DNA from: Clostridia bacterium
GTDB taxonomy: Bacteria > Bacillota > Clostridia > UBA1212 > DUPL01
Reading direction: 5' to 3'
NCBI GenBank assembly: GCA_050951325.1
Contig: JBMNIW010000004.1
Span: 1-64,000, forward strand
Length of the DNA: 64,000 bases
The position numbers and the translations under genes are program-made. Shown here piece after piece: positions 1 through 9,810 of this stretch. The notes beneath the pieces were generated by a model, which saw nothing but the letters and a program-made list of their open reading frames with translations, searched no databases and was not told where the DNA came from. Position 1 is the first letter of the stretch, and each line of letters begins with the position of its first letter.

Positions 1-208
1 AAAACCTGCAGTTTCTTGTACACTTGTTTCCAAGAATCATGAATGTGGCTGTTTTCCTCCCAAAACACTCACCACAATTGGGACAGCCTGCTTCTTCACA
101 TACGGTATGAAGATTAAGATCCCGCAGCATGTTCATGACTCTTTGGTTTTCCTCTCCCGTATTAGACTTTACTTTCAGCCATGACGGCTTTCTTACAAAC
201 TCTTTCAT
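1..208 (-). CDS. lipA: Lipoyl synthase, N-terminal part (runs off window start)
   Basis: Manual translation [14 protein letters not shown]...[17 protein letters not shown]...[17 protein letters not shown] contains the LipA CX4CX5C motif and the start of CX3CX2C; ATGA overlap with the lipB stop. Confidence 0.95.
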   Translation of the reverse strand, partial: MKEFVRKPSWLKVKSNTGEENQRVMNMLRDLNLHTVCEEAGCPNCGECFGRKTATFMILGNKCTRNCRF

Positions 209-885
209 ATTAGCTCCTCAACTTTCTTCTCAACAAAATCACAATCAAACTCTTTTGAAAAATAATCCCTTACGTATTCAAACATTCTATTCATATCCTG
301 ACTGACACCTGTAAGACATTTTAGTGAAACAACACCTTTGTTTAGCCCGCAAGGGTTTATCCATGCAAAATGAGACAAATCCGTATTCACATTAAAAGCA
401 AATCCATGCATTGTTACCCATCTCTTGACAGCTATGCCAATTGCCATGATTTTTTTGTCTCCTACCCACACTCCAGTAAACCTGCCCTCATCCCTATACG
501 CATCTATTTCAAACTCTTCTTTTAGCAGCTCAATAATGAACTTTTCAAGCCTGTATACAAACCATCTTATGTCCTTGCCAAAACCATTCAAACCAAAAAT
601 AGGATACCCTACAATCTGTCCAGGACCGTGATATGTAACATCCCCTCCCCTGTTAACCTTGACCACCTTTATACCTAGAAGCTTCAGCTCTTCTTCTGAA
701 AGATATATATTGTCGGATTTGCCCCTTGTCCCTAAGGTTATAACCGGGGGATGTTCAAGAAGCAATAAAGTATCATCCATCTCATTGTTCATTCTCCTTT
801 CCTGCAGCGTATACTGCAGCTCCAAAGCCTTTTCATAATCCATTCTGCCCGGCATGCATAGATTTACCTTCAATTCTGCCATCAC
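205..885 (-). CDS. lipB: Lipoyl(octanoyl) transferase
   Basis: [37 protein letters not shown] and INPCG motifs; coupled to lipA. Confidence 0.93.
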   Translation of the reverse strand: MMAELKVNLCMPGRMDYEKALELQYTLQERRMNNEMDDTLLLLEHPPVITLGTRGKSDNIYLSEEELKLLGIKVVKVNRGGDVTYHGPGQIVGYPIFGLNGFGKDIRWFVYRLEKFIIELLKEEFEIDAYRDEGRFTGVWVGDKKIMAIGIAVKRWVTMHGFAFNVNTDLSHFAWINPCGLNKGVVSLKCLTGVSQDMNRMFEYVRDYFSKEFDCDFVEKKVEELI

Positions 886-1020
886 CTTTGTTTTTTTTAG
901 AGAAAACTATATCATGACACAAAACCAAAAGTCAAATCTAATACGACAAAACTTGTTTTAAAATGTCGAGTATTACACCCTGCACTCTGGTATAATCACT
1001 AATGAGAGGAGTGAAAATTA

Positions 1021-1869
1021 ATGGACCTCAACAAAGTTATTGATTATATTGAAAAAAACCTTACAAACGACATAACATTAGCCGATATATGCAAAGTTGC
1101 AAGCTGCTCAGACTATGCTTTGCGCAATGTCTTTTATTACCTTACCGGTTTGACTCTGAGTGAGTATATAAAATACAGAAAACTCTCAGAAGCAAACAAG
1201 GATCTGTTAAACAACGAAAAAGTTACAGATGTGGCATATAAATACGGTTATGAGTCAGTGGATGGGTTTAGCCGGGCTTTCAAAGCCTGGAGTGGATTGC
1301 TTCCATCAGAAGCTGCAAAACTAAACATATGCAAAACCTTGCCAAAACTGACTTTTAATATAGATGTAAAAGGAGGAAATAGTATGGATTATCGAATAGT
1401 TGAAATGCCAGGATTTTTTATAGCCGGCGTTAGCAAAAGAGTTCCCATGAAATTTGAGGGTGTGAACAACGCAATAATGGAACTTGCACAAAGCATAACC
1501 CAGGAACAAAGAGAGGAAATGCATACCCTTAAGAATATTGAGCCTTTTGAAGTTGTAAACGCATCATATGAGCATGATTACGACTTCCAAAAGGATGCAG
1601 GCGAACTCACCCACATGATTGGAGTTTTGACAACAAAGGAAAACATAAGCAGCAATCTTGATAAAGTCAGAATCCCTGCCTGCACCTGGGCTGTCTTTCC
1701 CAACAAGGGACCTTTCCCGGAAACCTTGCAGAACACCTATGCTAGAATCTACTCGGAATGGCTGCCTGTATCAGGTTATGAACTGGAAAAGGCGCCTATG
1801 TTCTCTTTTTCCAAAATGGACAATGAACAGGCATATAGCGAGATTTGGGTTGCAGTGAAAAAGGCATAA
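1021..1869 (+). CDS. AraC-family regulator with GyrI-like effector-binding domain
   Basis: N-terminal AraC double HTH (YGYESVDGFSRAFK), C-terminal GyrI-like domain (IYSEWLP...SEIWVAV); GAGGAG RBS. Confidence 0.9.
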   Translation: MDLNKVIDYIEKNLTNDITLADICKVASCSDYALRNVFYYLTGLTLSEYIKYRKLSEANKDLLNNEKVTDVAYKYGYESVDGFSRAFKAWSGLLPSEAAKLNICKTLPKLTFNIDVKGGNSMDYRIVEMPGFFIAGVSKRVPMKFEGVNNAIMELAQSITQEQREEMHTLKNIEPFEVVNASYEHDYDFQKDAGELTHMIGVLTTKENISSNLDKVRIPACTWAVFPNKGPFPETLQNTYARIYSEWLPVSGYELEKAPMFSFSKMDNEQAYSEIWVAVKKA

Positions 1870-1890
1870 GTGCATAAAGCTTATGCCTTT

Positions 1891-2187
1891 TCAACAACTA
1901 ACAACAATCCATTTGTTAACCGGCATCAGCCCAACTTCCTCATCATGCTCAAAATCCATCAAATGCATGATTAAAAATCTTATGGGTTCGAATTTAAGAA
2001 GCATTCCTTTTTCTGAAAACAGCATTACATTTCTTCTCTTGCCTTTAAGCCTTACAAATGATTTTTGATATATTCTCTTTGCCCTTTCATTTATACCCGG
2101 ATTGTCAATTTCAAAGTGATACACGTCATATTCATCCCATAACTCCTGCATTTCCTTTTCAGCCTTTTCAAAATCATATTTGTCCAT
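1891..2187 (-). pseudogene. Probable remnant of a class I aminoacyl-tRNA synthetase (ValRS-like N-terminus) fused to unrelated sequence
   Basis: First ~28 aa (MDKYDFEKAEKEMQELWDEYDVYHF) resemble ValRS/LeuRS N-termini; GGAGG RBS; lies behind a T-box; no HIGH motif follows. Confidence 0.6.
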
Positions 2188-2209
2188 TTCAACACCTCCA
2201 GAATAATAT

Positions 2210-2495
2210 ATAAAAAAAGTCCGCCTTATGCATTATGCTTAGGGCGAACCAATAATCTGCGGTACCACCTAAATTCAAGTATAAACACATCTGCACTCTG
2301 CCAATACGGGATAACTAAAGTCATCCGATATTGCTTCCCTTTTAACGGTGGGAATTTCCGTTGGAGCCTACTAAGACCAAAGTCCGTTCAGTCCACAGCT
2401 CAAAGGCTATTTCAACACTTCCCTCTCGAAGATTTGCACCACCCATCTTCTCTCTACGCTTCAAGACAGTATCTACTTCTCCTTATCAACGCCAT
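2210..2495 (-). ncRNA. T-box riboswitch leader
   Basis: Minus strand shows Stem I with GA motif, AGTAG loop-E, AGAGAGA bulge, GGTGCAA loop and GAA-ATA-G specifier loop; T-box AATTTAGGTGGTACCGCAG (2257-2275); terminator hairpin followed by a T run. Confidence 0.92.
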
Positions 2496-2527
2496 TTTGT
2501 AATTTAAATTTAAAACATCTCTAAACC

Positions 2528-3595
2528 CTATTTGAAAATCCCATTTTCATGAACAATTATTATATTGCACCCCTTTTCATTCAACTCCATTGCTTTCATT
2601 ACTTTTGAGAAATACGTACCATAGCTCCAGGCTTTACTGCCAAGTCCACCTACGATCACGATATCAGTACTTTTGTTAACACTGTTCTTACATGTAGCAC
2701 CCATACTTGTAAGTAACTCCTCAACTTGTTCTTTCGAGCCCAATTCAAAGTTTCCAGTCAGACACACAGTTTTATTCTCTAAATCTATATCTCCAGAAAT
2801 TCCAGAATTATGAACAGGACACACAAATCTTTTCAACTCGTATAACATTTCATCATCATTTACCATATAATTAAGCAGTCCACATATTTTGTCATACAAA
2901 TAATTGCCTGCAAGTTTACTATTGAGCAGATAATCTCTTGAAGCTTTCGAAGTCCAAGGGTTTCAACGCTCAAATTTATTTCGCCATCTTGGTCCTTTTT
3001 TAGAGTTGCTATCAGTAAAATAATTCTTGAGTTCCATATGTTTCATTTTTTCATAACATTTATATGTCGTTATGCAATCATCCAATGCGCGATGTTTGAA
3101 CTTGACTTGTACTCGCAGGTAATCTGCAATGGAAGACAATGTATAACTTTCCTGTCCATGGATGCAACATCTTGCCAGATACATTGTGTCTACAAAATCG
3201 TTGGATAAAACATGTCCATATAGATTTAACGAAGCGTTATTAAGAATATTCAGATCAAAGATATTTATATTGTGCCCAACAAGAACTGAATCTCCAAGAA
3301 AATCAAGATAATCACACAATACAGAATCAAGCTTGGGAGCGTCTTTAACCATTTCATTAGTTATGTCGTTGATATATGTAACCTCCAACGGTATTGGGTT
3401 GTCTGGCTTAACAAGTGATTGAAAAGTATCAACAACTTCCCCATTAACAACTTTTAAAGCCGCAAGTTCAATTATTTCTGATGTATAAATATTAACACCT
3501 GTTGTTTCTGTGTCTATGACAACGTAATCATTTTGCGGGCATACTAATCTGTTCCCTTTTTGTCCCTTCACGCCAATCATCCTATTCAATTTCAC
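2528..3595 (-). pseudogene. DEDDh 3'-5' exonuclease (DnaQ/PolC-like) plus BRCT domain protein, interrupted
   Basis: ORF 2963-3595 has DTETTG, VGHN..FD and HRALDD; ORF 2528-2899 is BRCT-like (VCLTGNF...KSTDIVIVG...KVMKAMEL); same frame, separated by one TGA at 2963-2965. Confidence 0.75.
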
Positions 3596-3827
3596 GTTAT
3601 GTTACTATTCCCTATATATTACATTCAACTTACATTTATGTCAACTTTTGCATGTATTGACTCTGCTTTACCAAGCAATAACAGAAGTAGTTAATGCAGT
3701 TATTAGCCATAAGCTGTGTCTATGCCATATATAAAAATTATTAACTTTACTTATAAGTCAAAAACACATATAATAACTATGGTGTGCCAAAGTGCAAACA
3801 CCACATATTTTTTTCATGGAGGCTACA

Positions 3828-5018
3828 ATGAAACGAACAGTAGGTACAGTAGTAAGAGGTGTGAGAACACCGGTAATTAGTGAAGGCGATAACCTTGTTG
3901 AAATCGTTGTAAACAGTTTGCTTGAATGCAGCAATGAGCAAAAGTTCGATTTCCATGACAGGGACGTAGTAGCCGTAACAGAAGCAGTCGTTGCAAGAGC
4001 ACAAGGAAACTATGCAACAATTGATAATATAGCAAAGGACGTAAGAGCCAAATTTGGCACTGATGAACTTGGTCTTGTTTTCCCTATTTTAAGCAGGAAC
4101 AGATTCGCAGTATGTCTTAAAGGCATTGCAAAAGCAGTAAAGAAGATTTACTTGCAATTAAGCTATCCTGCAGATGAAGTGGGTAACCACCTTTTCTGTG
4201 CAGAAAAGCTCTTTGAAACCGGACTTAATCCATATGCAGATGTACTAGACATCACCAGGTACAGAGAACTATTCGGATATGAATTGCATCCATTTACAGG
4301 TATCGATTATATCGAATACTACACTCAAATAGTCAAGGAACAAGGTTGCGAAATTGAAATAATATTCTCAAACAACCCAATATCAATACTTGATTACACA
4401 AAAAATGTTCTCACCTGCGACATACATTCAAGACACATGACCAAGAAGATGCTGCAAAAGAATGGCGTTGATAAGATATATAACCTTAGTGAAATCCTTA
4501 CTTCATCCATAGATGGTAGTGGCTACAATGAGCAGTACGGTTTGTTAGGTTCCAACAAAGCCACAGAAGAAAAGGTAAAGCTCTTCCCGAGAGACTGCCA
4601 CAACTTTGTATTTGAACTGCAAAAACGCCTGCTTGAAAAGACCAATAAACATATAGAGGTATTGGTATATGGCGACGGAGCCTTTAAAGATCCTGTAGGA
4701 AAGATTTGGGAGCTTGCGGATCCTGTTGTATCCCCTGCATACACTCCAGGTCTTGAGGGTACTCCAAACGAGTTCAAGCTGAAGTTCCTTGCAGACAACG
4801 ATTTTGCCAATTTGAAAGGCGAAGCTTTGGAAAAAGCCATTAGAGAATATATTGCAAACAAAAAAGAGGACTCGATAGATTCAGACGCATCCCAGGGAAC
4901 CACTCCAAGACAATTGTCTGACTTGCTTGGTTCTTTAGCGGACCTTACATCCGGCAGCGGAGACAAAGGAACTCCGGTTGTATTGATTCAAGGATACTTC
5001 GACAACTTTTCGTCATAA
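3828..5018 (+). CDS. Coenzyme F420-0:L-glutamate ligase (CofE)-like protein
   Basis: RTPVISEGDNL, VTEAVVARAQ and DLTSGSGDKGTPVVLIQG motifs; ATG 3828 preceded by GGAGG. Confidence 0.8.
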   Translation: MKRTVGTVVRGVRTPVISEGDNLVEIVVNSLLECSNEQKFDFHDRDVVAVTEAVVARAQGNYATIDNIAKDVRAKFGTDELGLVFPILSRNRFAVCLKGIAKAVKKIYLQLSYPADEVGNHLFCAEKLFETGLNPYADVLDITRYRELFGYELHPFTGIDYIEYYTQIVKEQGCEIEIIFSNNPISILDYTKNVLTCDIHSRHMTKKMLQKNGVDKIYNLSEILTSSIDGSGYNEQYGLLGSNKATEEKVKLFPRDCHNFVFELQKRLLEKTNKHIEVLVYGDGAFKDPVGKIWELADPVVSPAYTPGLEGTPNEFKLKFLADNDFANLKGEALEKAIREYIANKKEDSIDSDASQGTTPRQLSDLLGSLADLTSGSGDKGTPVVLIQGYFDNFSS

Positions 5019-5045
5019 GAAAGCAGACCATCTGCTTTCTTTTTT
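5018..5045. terminator. Intrinsic terminator between convergent genes
   Basis: AGAAAGCAGA-CCA-TCTGCTTTCT stem followed by a T run. Confidence 0.8.
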
Positions 5046-5049
5046 ATAT

Positions 5050-6405
5050 TTATACTGTCAGATGGTCTACTCTTTTTCTTATCAGGATAATATACCAGGC
5101 TGTTAATACTGTACCTTTTAATATGCTTGATATGCTTATTGCCCACCATATTCCATTAAGTCCAAGACTTGTTGCTGACAACCCAATTGCCATTGGAATT
5201 CTAAGAGCATTAAAAGATATTCCTACAATTGGGGGTGGAAAAGGTTTTCCAAGACCATAAAATGCTCCAGCTGTTGTTATCTCTATACACATAAACAACT
5301 GTGAAGCAGCAAGAATTCTCAGGTAGTCAATACCCAGAGTAATTGTTTCACTTTCTTCAACAAAAACAGCAAACAAAGGCTCTGCAAAGAAAAACAACAA
5401 AACTGTTGCAAAAACCCCTATAACAGAAACTATCGCAAGGCCTACAAAATAGCCTGTTTTTACCCTGTCCAGTTTTCTGGCGCCAAGATTCTGCCCAATA
5501 AATGCGCTCATGGCAGATTGAAATCCGCCTGCGGTTAGCCAGGATATTGACTCAATCTGGGAGCCCACTTTTTGAACCGCTATGGCAGTTGTCCCCCAGC
5601 CAGCAATTATGCGCGCTATAATCATTGCAATTATTGCAAACAAGCCACTCTGCAAAGCAGAAGGAATGCCAATTTTCGATATCCTGAGTACATATTCAGC
5701 CTTTGGTCTTCTGAAGAAATGTATATCTGAGAAGACATCGGGCAGTTTTCTCGCCTTTAAGAGGAAGATACTCGAAGCTATTACCTGAGCTATTACTGTA
5801 GCTATGGCAGCTCCTTTTACTTCAAGTCTTGGAAAAGGACCAATTCCGAATATTAGAAGTGGGTCAAGTAAAACATTAATAACAAGACCTATTGAATTGA
5901 TTAAGAATGGAGTCCTGCTGTCTCCGTGTCCGTTAAATATTGCGGTAAATACAGGGTTAATAAAGAAACAGACAAAACCCAAGGATACAATAACTAGATA
6001 ATCCACCGCATCCTTGATAACATTCTCGTCCCCCAAATTAAAAAAAGCAATCAGCTGGTTTCTGAATACAATCATGACCATTCCATATAACAATGCGAGG
6101 AAAACACCTATCTGAAGGCTCTGCCTTACATACTCTTTTACTCTTTCATGGTCTTTCATACCAACTGCCTGGGCAACATTTACCTCCGCCCCTATTTTCG
6201 GAACTAAAACAAATGCGCTTGCAAGCCAGGTGAAAAATCCTACCGTACCAACAGACGCCACCGCATCAGAACCAATCTTGCCAACCCAAATCATATCTAT
6301 AAAGCTGTAAGCCATTTGAACAAAGCTTGTCCCCATAATCGGCAGTGCCAGCTTGAAAAGTGTTTTTGCAATATGTCCTTCCGTCAAGTTTGCAGTTCTT
6401 TTCAT
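5050..6405 (-). CDS. MATE family efflux transporter
   Basis: ~12 hydrophobic segments; NLTEGHIAKTLFKLALP, GDSRTP and GAAIAT signatures. Confidence 0.93.
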   Translation of the reverse strand: MKRTANLTEGHIAKTLFKLALPIMGTSFVQMAYSFIDMIWVGKIGSDAVASVGTVGFFTWLASAFVLVPKIGAEVNVAQAVGMKDHERVKEYVRQSLQIGVFLALLYGMVMIVFRNQLIAFFNLGDENVIKDAVDYLVIVSLGFVCFFINPVFTAIFNGHGDSRTPFLINSIGLVINVLLDPLLIFGIGPFPRLEVKGAAIATVIAQVIASSIFLLKARKLPDVFSDIHFFRRPKAEYVLRISKIGIPSALQSGLFAIIAMIIARIIAGWGTTAIAVQKVGSQIESISWLTAGGFQSAMSAFIGQNLGARKLDRVKTGYFVGLAIVSVIGVFATVLLFFFAEPLFAVFVEESETITLGIDYLRILAASQLFMCIEITTAGAFYGLGKPFPPPIVGISFNALRIPMAIGLSATSLGLNGIWWAISISSILKGTVLTAWYIILIRKRVDHLTV

Positions 6406-6529
6406 TCGTATCTTTTCTTCTCCTTATAGTGCATTTGTGTGCAAAAAAAATTAGACTTATGTAAGCTGCATAAGTCGTATTATATCATTTCTTTTGTAAA
6501 ACAGGGAGAATAATGTGTTAATTTGATTC

Positions 6530-6571
6530 AAAAAGAAAGTGCCTAAAGTTTCTAAACCTCAGGCACTTTTT
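6530..6571. terminator. Intrinsic terminator after the glycoside hydrolase-like gene
   Basis: AAAGTGCCT...AGGCACTTT inverted repeat with A/T runs on both sides. Confidence 0.65.
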
Positions 6572-6575
6572 ATAA

Positions 6576-8474
6576 TTATTTCTCACCAACGTACAGGTAG
6601 TTAAGTCTTCCATAGGGTGCTGCATTGCCATCAGTATAGAATGTGAAAATATCACCGTCTCCACTGAAGTTGTCAGCCCATTTGAAGCTGATGGAAAACT
6701 CCTTGTCGGAAACACCTAAAGTTTTGCGAGGAATGGAAAGCATCAACATGTTCTCTGACAGCTTGTATTCCGCTTTTCCAACCTCTTCCCATTCGTAACC
6801 GCCCTTGCACTTCTCAATAATCATATCGGACCCACCGGTTCTATGAACCGCAAAGTCGTACCCGTACCAGTTAGTCTTTGAACCGGTGTTGATAAACAAG
6901 GTCATGCTTCTTTCTCCTTCAAAGTTTGCAACCGGCTCAACCGTATCCACATAGAAATACACATTGTTCTTATCCGAAGTCACTTTTACGGTCTTTATGT
7001 CATTTTGACCTGTGGTGTTTGTATACTTCAAACTCCAGTTATGAGCTGATGTTTTGTTTCTATCGAAAACATCATCAACGTAATCAACGTATGTAAGGAT
7101 GTTTTCATTATCCCACTGGTCAAAATCACCTTTGACATCAATACTTATGGATGAAGCTGGCTCATTTTTTACATTTCCATATTTAAACTTGCTGATATAA
7201 TGGCAAAGCTGCATGTAGTAGTTGTCACCATATCCACCATTCATAGGTTCTATGTCTCTACTGTTGTTTATATCTGCAGCATCCACGAAGCTAATCTCAC
7301 CATTGGAGCGAATCTGAAGTTGTGCAATCCATTCATTCCATCCGGTAACAAAGATCATATCCGGATCTTCTTTAATGGCATACTCAAACTGTCTTTTAAA
7401 GTTGTAGCCATAAAGATAGGCATCCTCTTCGCCCTTCTTCCAGTTCCTGTTCTCCTTACCATCAAAGCTTCGGGTCCTGTCCCTGCTATCCTCAAACCAC
7501 TGGGCGGACGCCCTGTTGGTTACAGATATTTCAGAGACGGAAACACAGCAGAAGGAGAATCCGTCTCCATCTGTTACCTTGCTGGGATTTACCCTGAAAT
7601 CCAAATACAAGAAGCTGCTGCCAAAGTCATTGTTGTTCTTCGTTTCATGCGGGAATGCAAGATCTCTGAAATCAAAGAACTCTCTTGCTCCTTCAGAGTA
7701 GCTTGCCAGCTTTGATTCAGTATCAATAAATCCTGTAGCCTTTTTGTTGTAACCCTCAATATTGTCAAACATTAGGGGTTTTTCGCTATCTTTCCAACGA
7801 TAGAACAAATGGTCATATTGTGGATTCTTTGAATAGAACCTTGAATACAGTTCATCAACAGTTCGTGGGCTATCGTCGTATGCGGCGCAAACCACCTTTG
7901 GCACACTAAAACCTTGCTTGTGAAACTTGTCAAGCACCTTAAACAGTACTTCTAGTCTGTCTATGTAATCAGACCAAACACCGTTTGTAAAGTCGATCAT
8001 CAAAAAGTCCACACCTGCATCGGTAAGCATCTTTACATGCCTTGTAACAACCCACTCATCGGCAATATCGTAGTAGCCAAACAAAGGCTCTCCCCACCAA
8101 TGGAAGTCTCCTCGTCCGCCGCCTCCTGCTTCAAGCCATTCTTCAGGGTTTATACTTTTCCGTCCACCTGAAAAATCAATATTCTTCAGTATCTTACTAT
8201 TGTCATAATTGGTTCCGTAGGAAGAACCAAGTCCTGTACCATGCCAGATGAAATAGAACATGCCAACTTGTTTGTCGGTTTCCAGTTCTCCATACATGGA
8301 AACCTTAACTCCTGTATCAGACGTTCCTGTGAGGGTTCTGCTACCCTTGTTTATCCTCTGGTCTTCGTCCTTGGGTTTTGCTATTCTTCCACCCTCACAG
8401 GAAACAAGAAAAACAAATACAGGAAGACACACAAGCATGAATAATAGTCTCAAAACCTTTTTTCTAATTGTCAT
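6576..8474 (-). CDS. Lipoprotein, putative GH99/GH71-like TIM-barrel glycoside hydrolase with C-terminal beta domain
   Basis: Signal peptide ending LVSC; VGMFYFIWHG, WWGEPLFGYY, HVKMLTDAGVDFLMID and VTGWNEW motifs; start taken at ATG 8474. Confidence 0.65.
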   Translation of the reverse strand: MTIRKKVLRLLFMLVCLPVFVFLVSCEGGRIAKPKDEDQRINKGSRTLTGTSDTGVKVSMYGELETDKQVGMFYFIWHGTGLGSSYGTNYDNSKILKNIDFSGGRKSINPEEWLEAGGGGRGDFHWWGEPLFGYYDIADEWVVTRHVKMLTDAGVDFLMIDFTNGVWSDYIDRLEVLFKVLDKFHKQGFSVPKVVCAAYDDSPRTVDELYSRFYSKNPQYDHLFYRWKDSEKPLMFDNIEGYNKKATGFIDTESKLASYSEGAREFFDFRDLAFPHETKNNNDFGSSFLYLDFRVNPSKVTDGDGFSFCCVSVSEISVTNRASAQWFEDSRDRTRSFDGKENRNWKKGEEDAYLYGYNFKRQFEYAIKEDPDMIFVTGWNEWIAQLQIRSNGEISFVDAADINNSRDIEPMNGGYGDNYYMQLCHYISKFKYGNVKNEPASSISIDVKGDFDQWDNENILTYVDYVDDVFDRNKTSAHNWSLKYTNTTGQNDIKTVKVTSDKNNVYFYVDTVEPVANFEGERSMTLFINTGSKTNWYGYDFAVHRTGGSDMIIEKCKGGYEWEEVGKAEYKLSENMLMLSIPRKTLGVSDKEFSISFKWADNFSGDGDIFTFYTDGNAAPYGRLNYLYVGEK

Positions 8475-8487
8475 CTTTTCTACCTTT

Positions 8488-9672
8488 CTATTTTTTCTTG
8501 CGTACAATTATAACTACAACGACTGCTGCAATAACAACCAAACCAATAACAACACCTATAATAATACCTGTGTTGCCACCCTTGCCATCCTCATCCTTGG
8601 GTGTTGAGTCAGGCTTTTGTGTTTCTTTAGGTTTCTCGTCAGTAGGCTCTGGAGTTTCAGAAACATCTTCACCTATTGTAAACTCATAGACAAGAATACC
8701 ATTTGCCACATCTTCGGACGTTCCAAGCCATGCTCTATCAAACCAGTAACCGTCCTTTAACTTAACTTCAATTCTGTATTCTCCATCTTCCTGAGGGGTA
8801 CCCTCCATGGCTTTCCACTCACCATCAACATTCTCATAGAAGGTTACGCTTTCAGCATTTTCATCATCCAAAGTGTATTTAACTTCCTCTCCGGATGTAA
8901 AGTTCTTCTTCATCGAGAACATAACAGGAGGAGTGGTTCTTAAGTCTTTTACCACATCTTCAGTTATTTTATCCATGGTTCCTAGTCCAGCATGGTCCTC
9001 AAACAATGCAATACTCTTCAATACAACTGATCCGTTCGATATTTTATCCTCAAGAGAAGTACGTATAACCTTGATATTCGTCTTTTCTCCATCATACTCT
9101 ATAGAAGTCATTTTATCAGTCCAGGAAATCCTTGCAAAGCTAAGGAGCCATTCGCCATCCTGGATTGTAGGCATTCCTGCAGCTGTTAATGACTTCAGCA
9201 CCCTTCCACCTGAGTTTGCCGGAGACCAGTTGTTAACAGAAGAATATCCCGTTAGCAGCTGTGTGGGTGACAAGAATCCACCTTCAGTATCGCCCAGATA
9301 CTTGTACCTGAATACAATATAGTATGACTTGCCTTCACTTACCTCAAAAGCTTCTCTGAGACTTAACCACAGACAAGAACCGTTAGTAACCATGTCGCCA
9401 TTAAAGTTTATCTGCAAAGCCTCGTACTCTTCGTTGAATACAAACTCTATCTTGTCTTCGTTTGTTCCAGTTGGCCTGAGCATTCCGTTTTCGCCCTGCC
9501 AGCTATAATACTTGTTTGTTGCAGTTGGCCCTGAAATCGCTCCATCTATTGAAAAATCAAAATATTCGAGAGGTTCGTTTTCAGCATTTCCTGTCTGACC
9601 AAAAACACCAAGCTGGCAAACAGAAAGAACAACTATCAATATTATTAGCAATAAATTTATCTTCTTTCTCAT
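8488..9672 (-). CDS. Secreted, C-terminally membrane-anchored surface protein
   Basis: N-terminal signal peptide, P/E/T/K-rich linker, C-terminal TM helix and RKKK tail. Confidence 0.8.
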   Translation of the reverse strand: MRKKINLLLIILIVVLSVCQLGVFGQTGNAENEPLEYFDFSIDGAISGPTATNKYYSWQGENGMLRPTGTNEDKIEFVFNEEYEALQINFNGDMVTNGSCLWLSLREAFEVSEGKSYYIVFRYKYLGDTEGGFLSPTQLLTGYSSVNNWSPANSGGRVLKSLTAAGMPTIQDGEWLLSFARISWTDKMTSIEYDGEKTNIKVIRTSLEDKISNGSVVLKSIALFEDHAGLGTMDKITEDVVKDLRTTPPVMFSMKKNFTSGEEVKYTLDDENAESVTFYENVDGEWKAMEGTPQEDGEYRIEVKLKDGYWFDRAWLGTSEDVANGILVYEFTIGEDVSETPEPTDEKPKETQKPDSTPKDEDGKGGNTGIIIGVVIGLVVIAAVVVVIIVRKKK

Positions 9673-9810
9673 ATTTTCACCCCTTAAATCAAATCCTCAA
9701 AATCAATACCCATGAAATCAGTACCACTTAAAGTAATCATATCCTCAACTTCAAACTGAATTATATCAAAATCAGGCTCTTCATAATACATCTTCATTGT
9801 ATAAACCTCC

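Noticed and set aside
2963-2965. In-frame TGA as selenocysteine or programmed readthrough
   Set aside because: It lies in a linker rather than at a Cys-equivalent position, I see no convincing SECIS-like hairpin, and the flanks look frameshift-damaged
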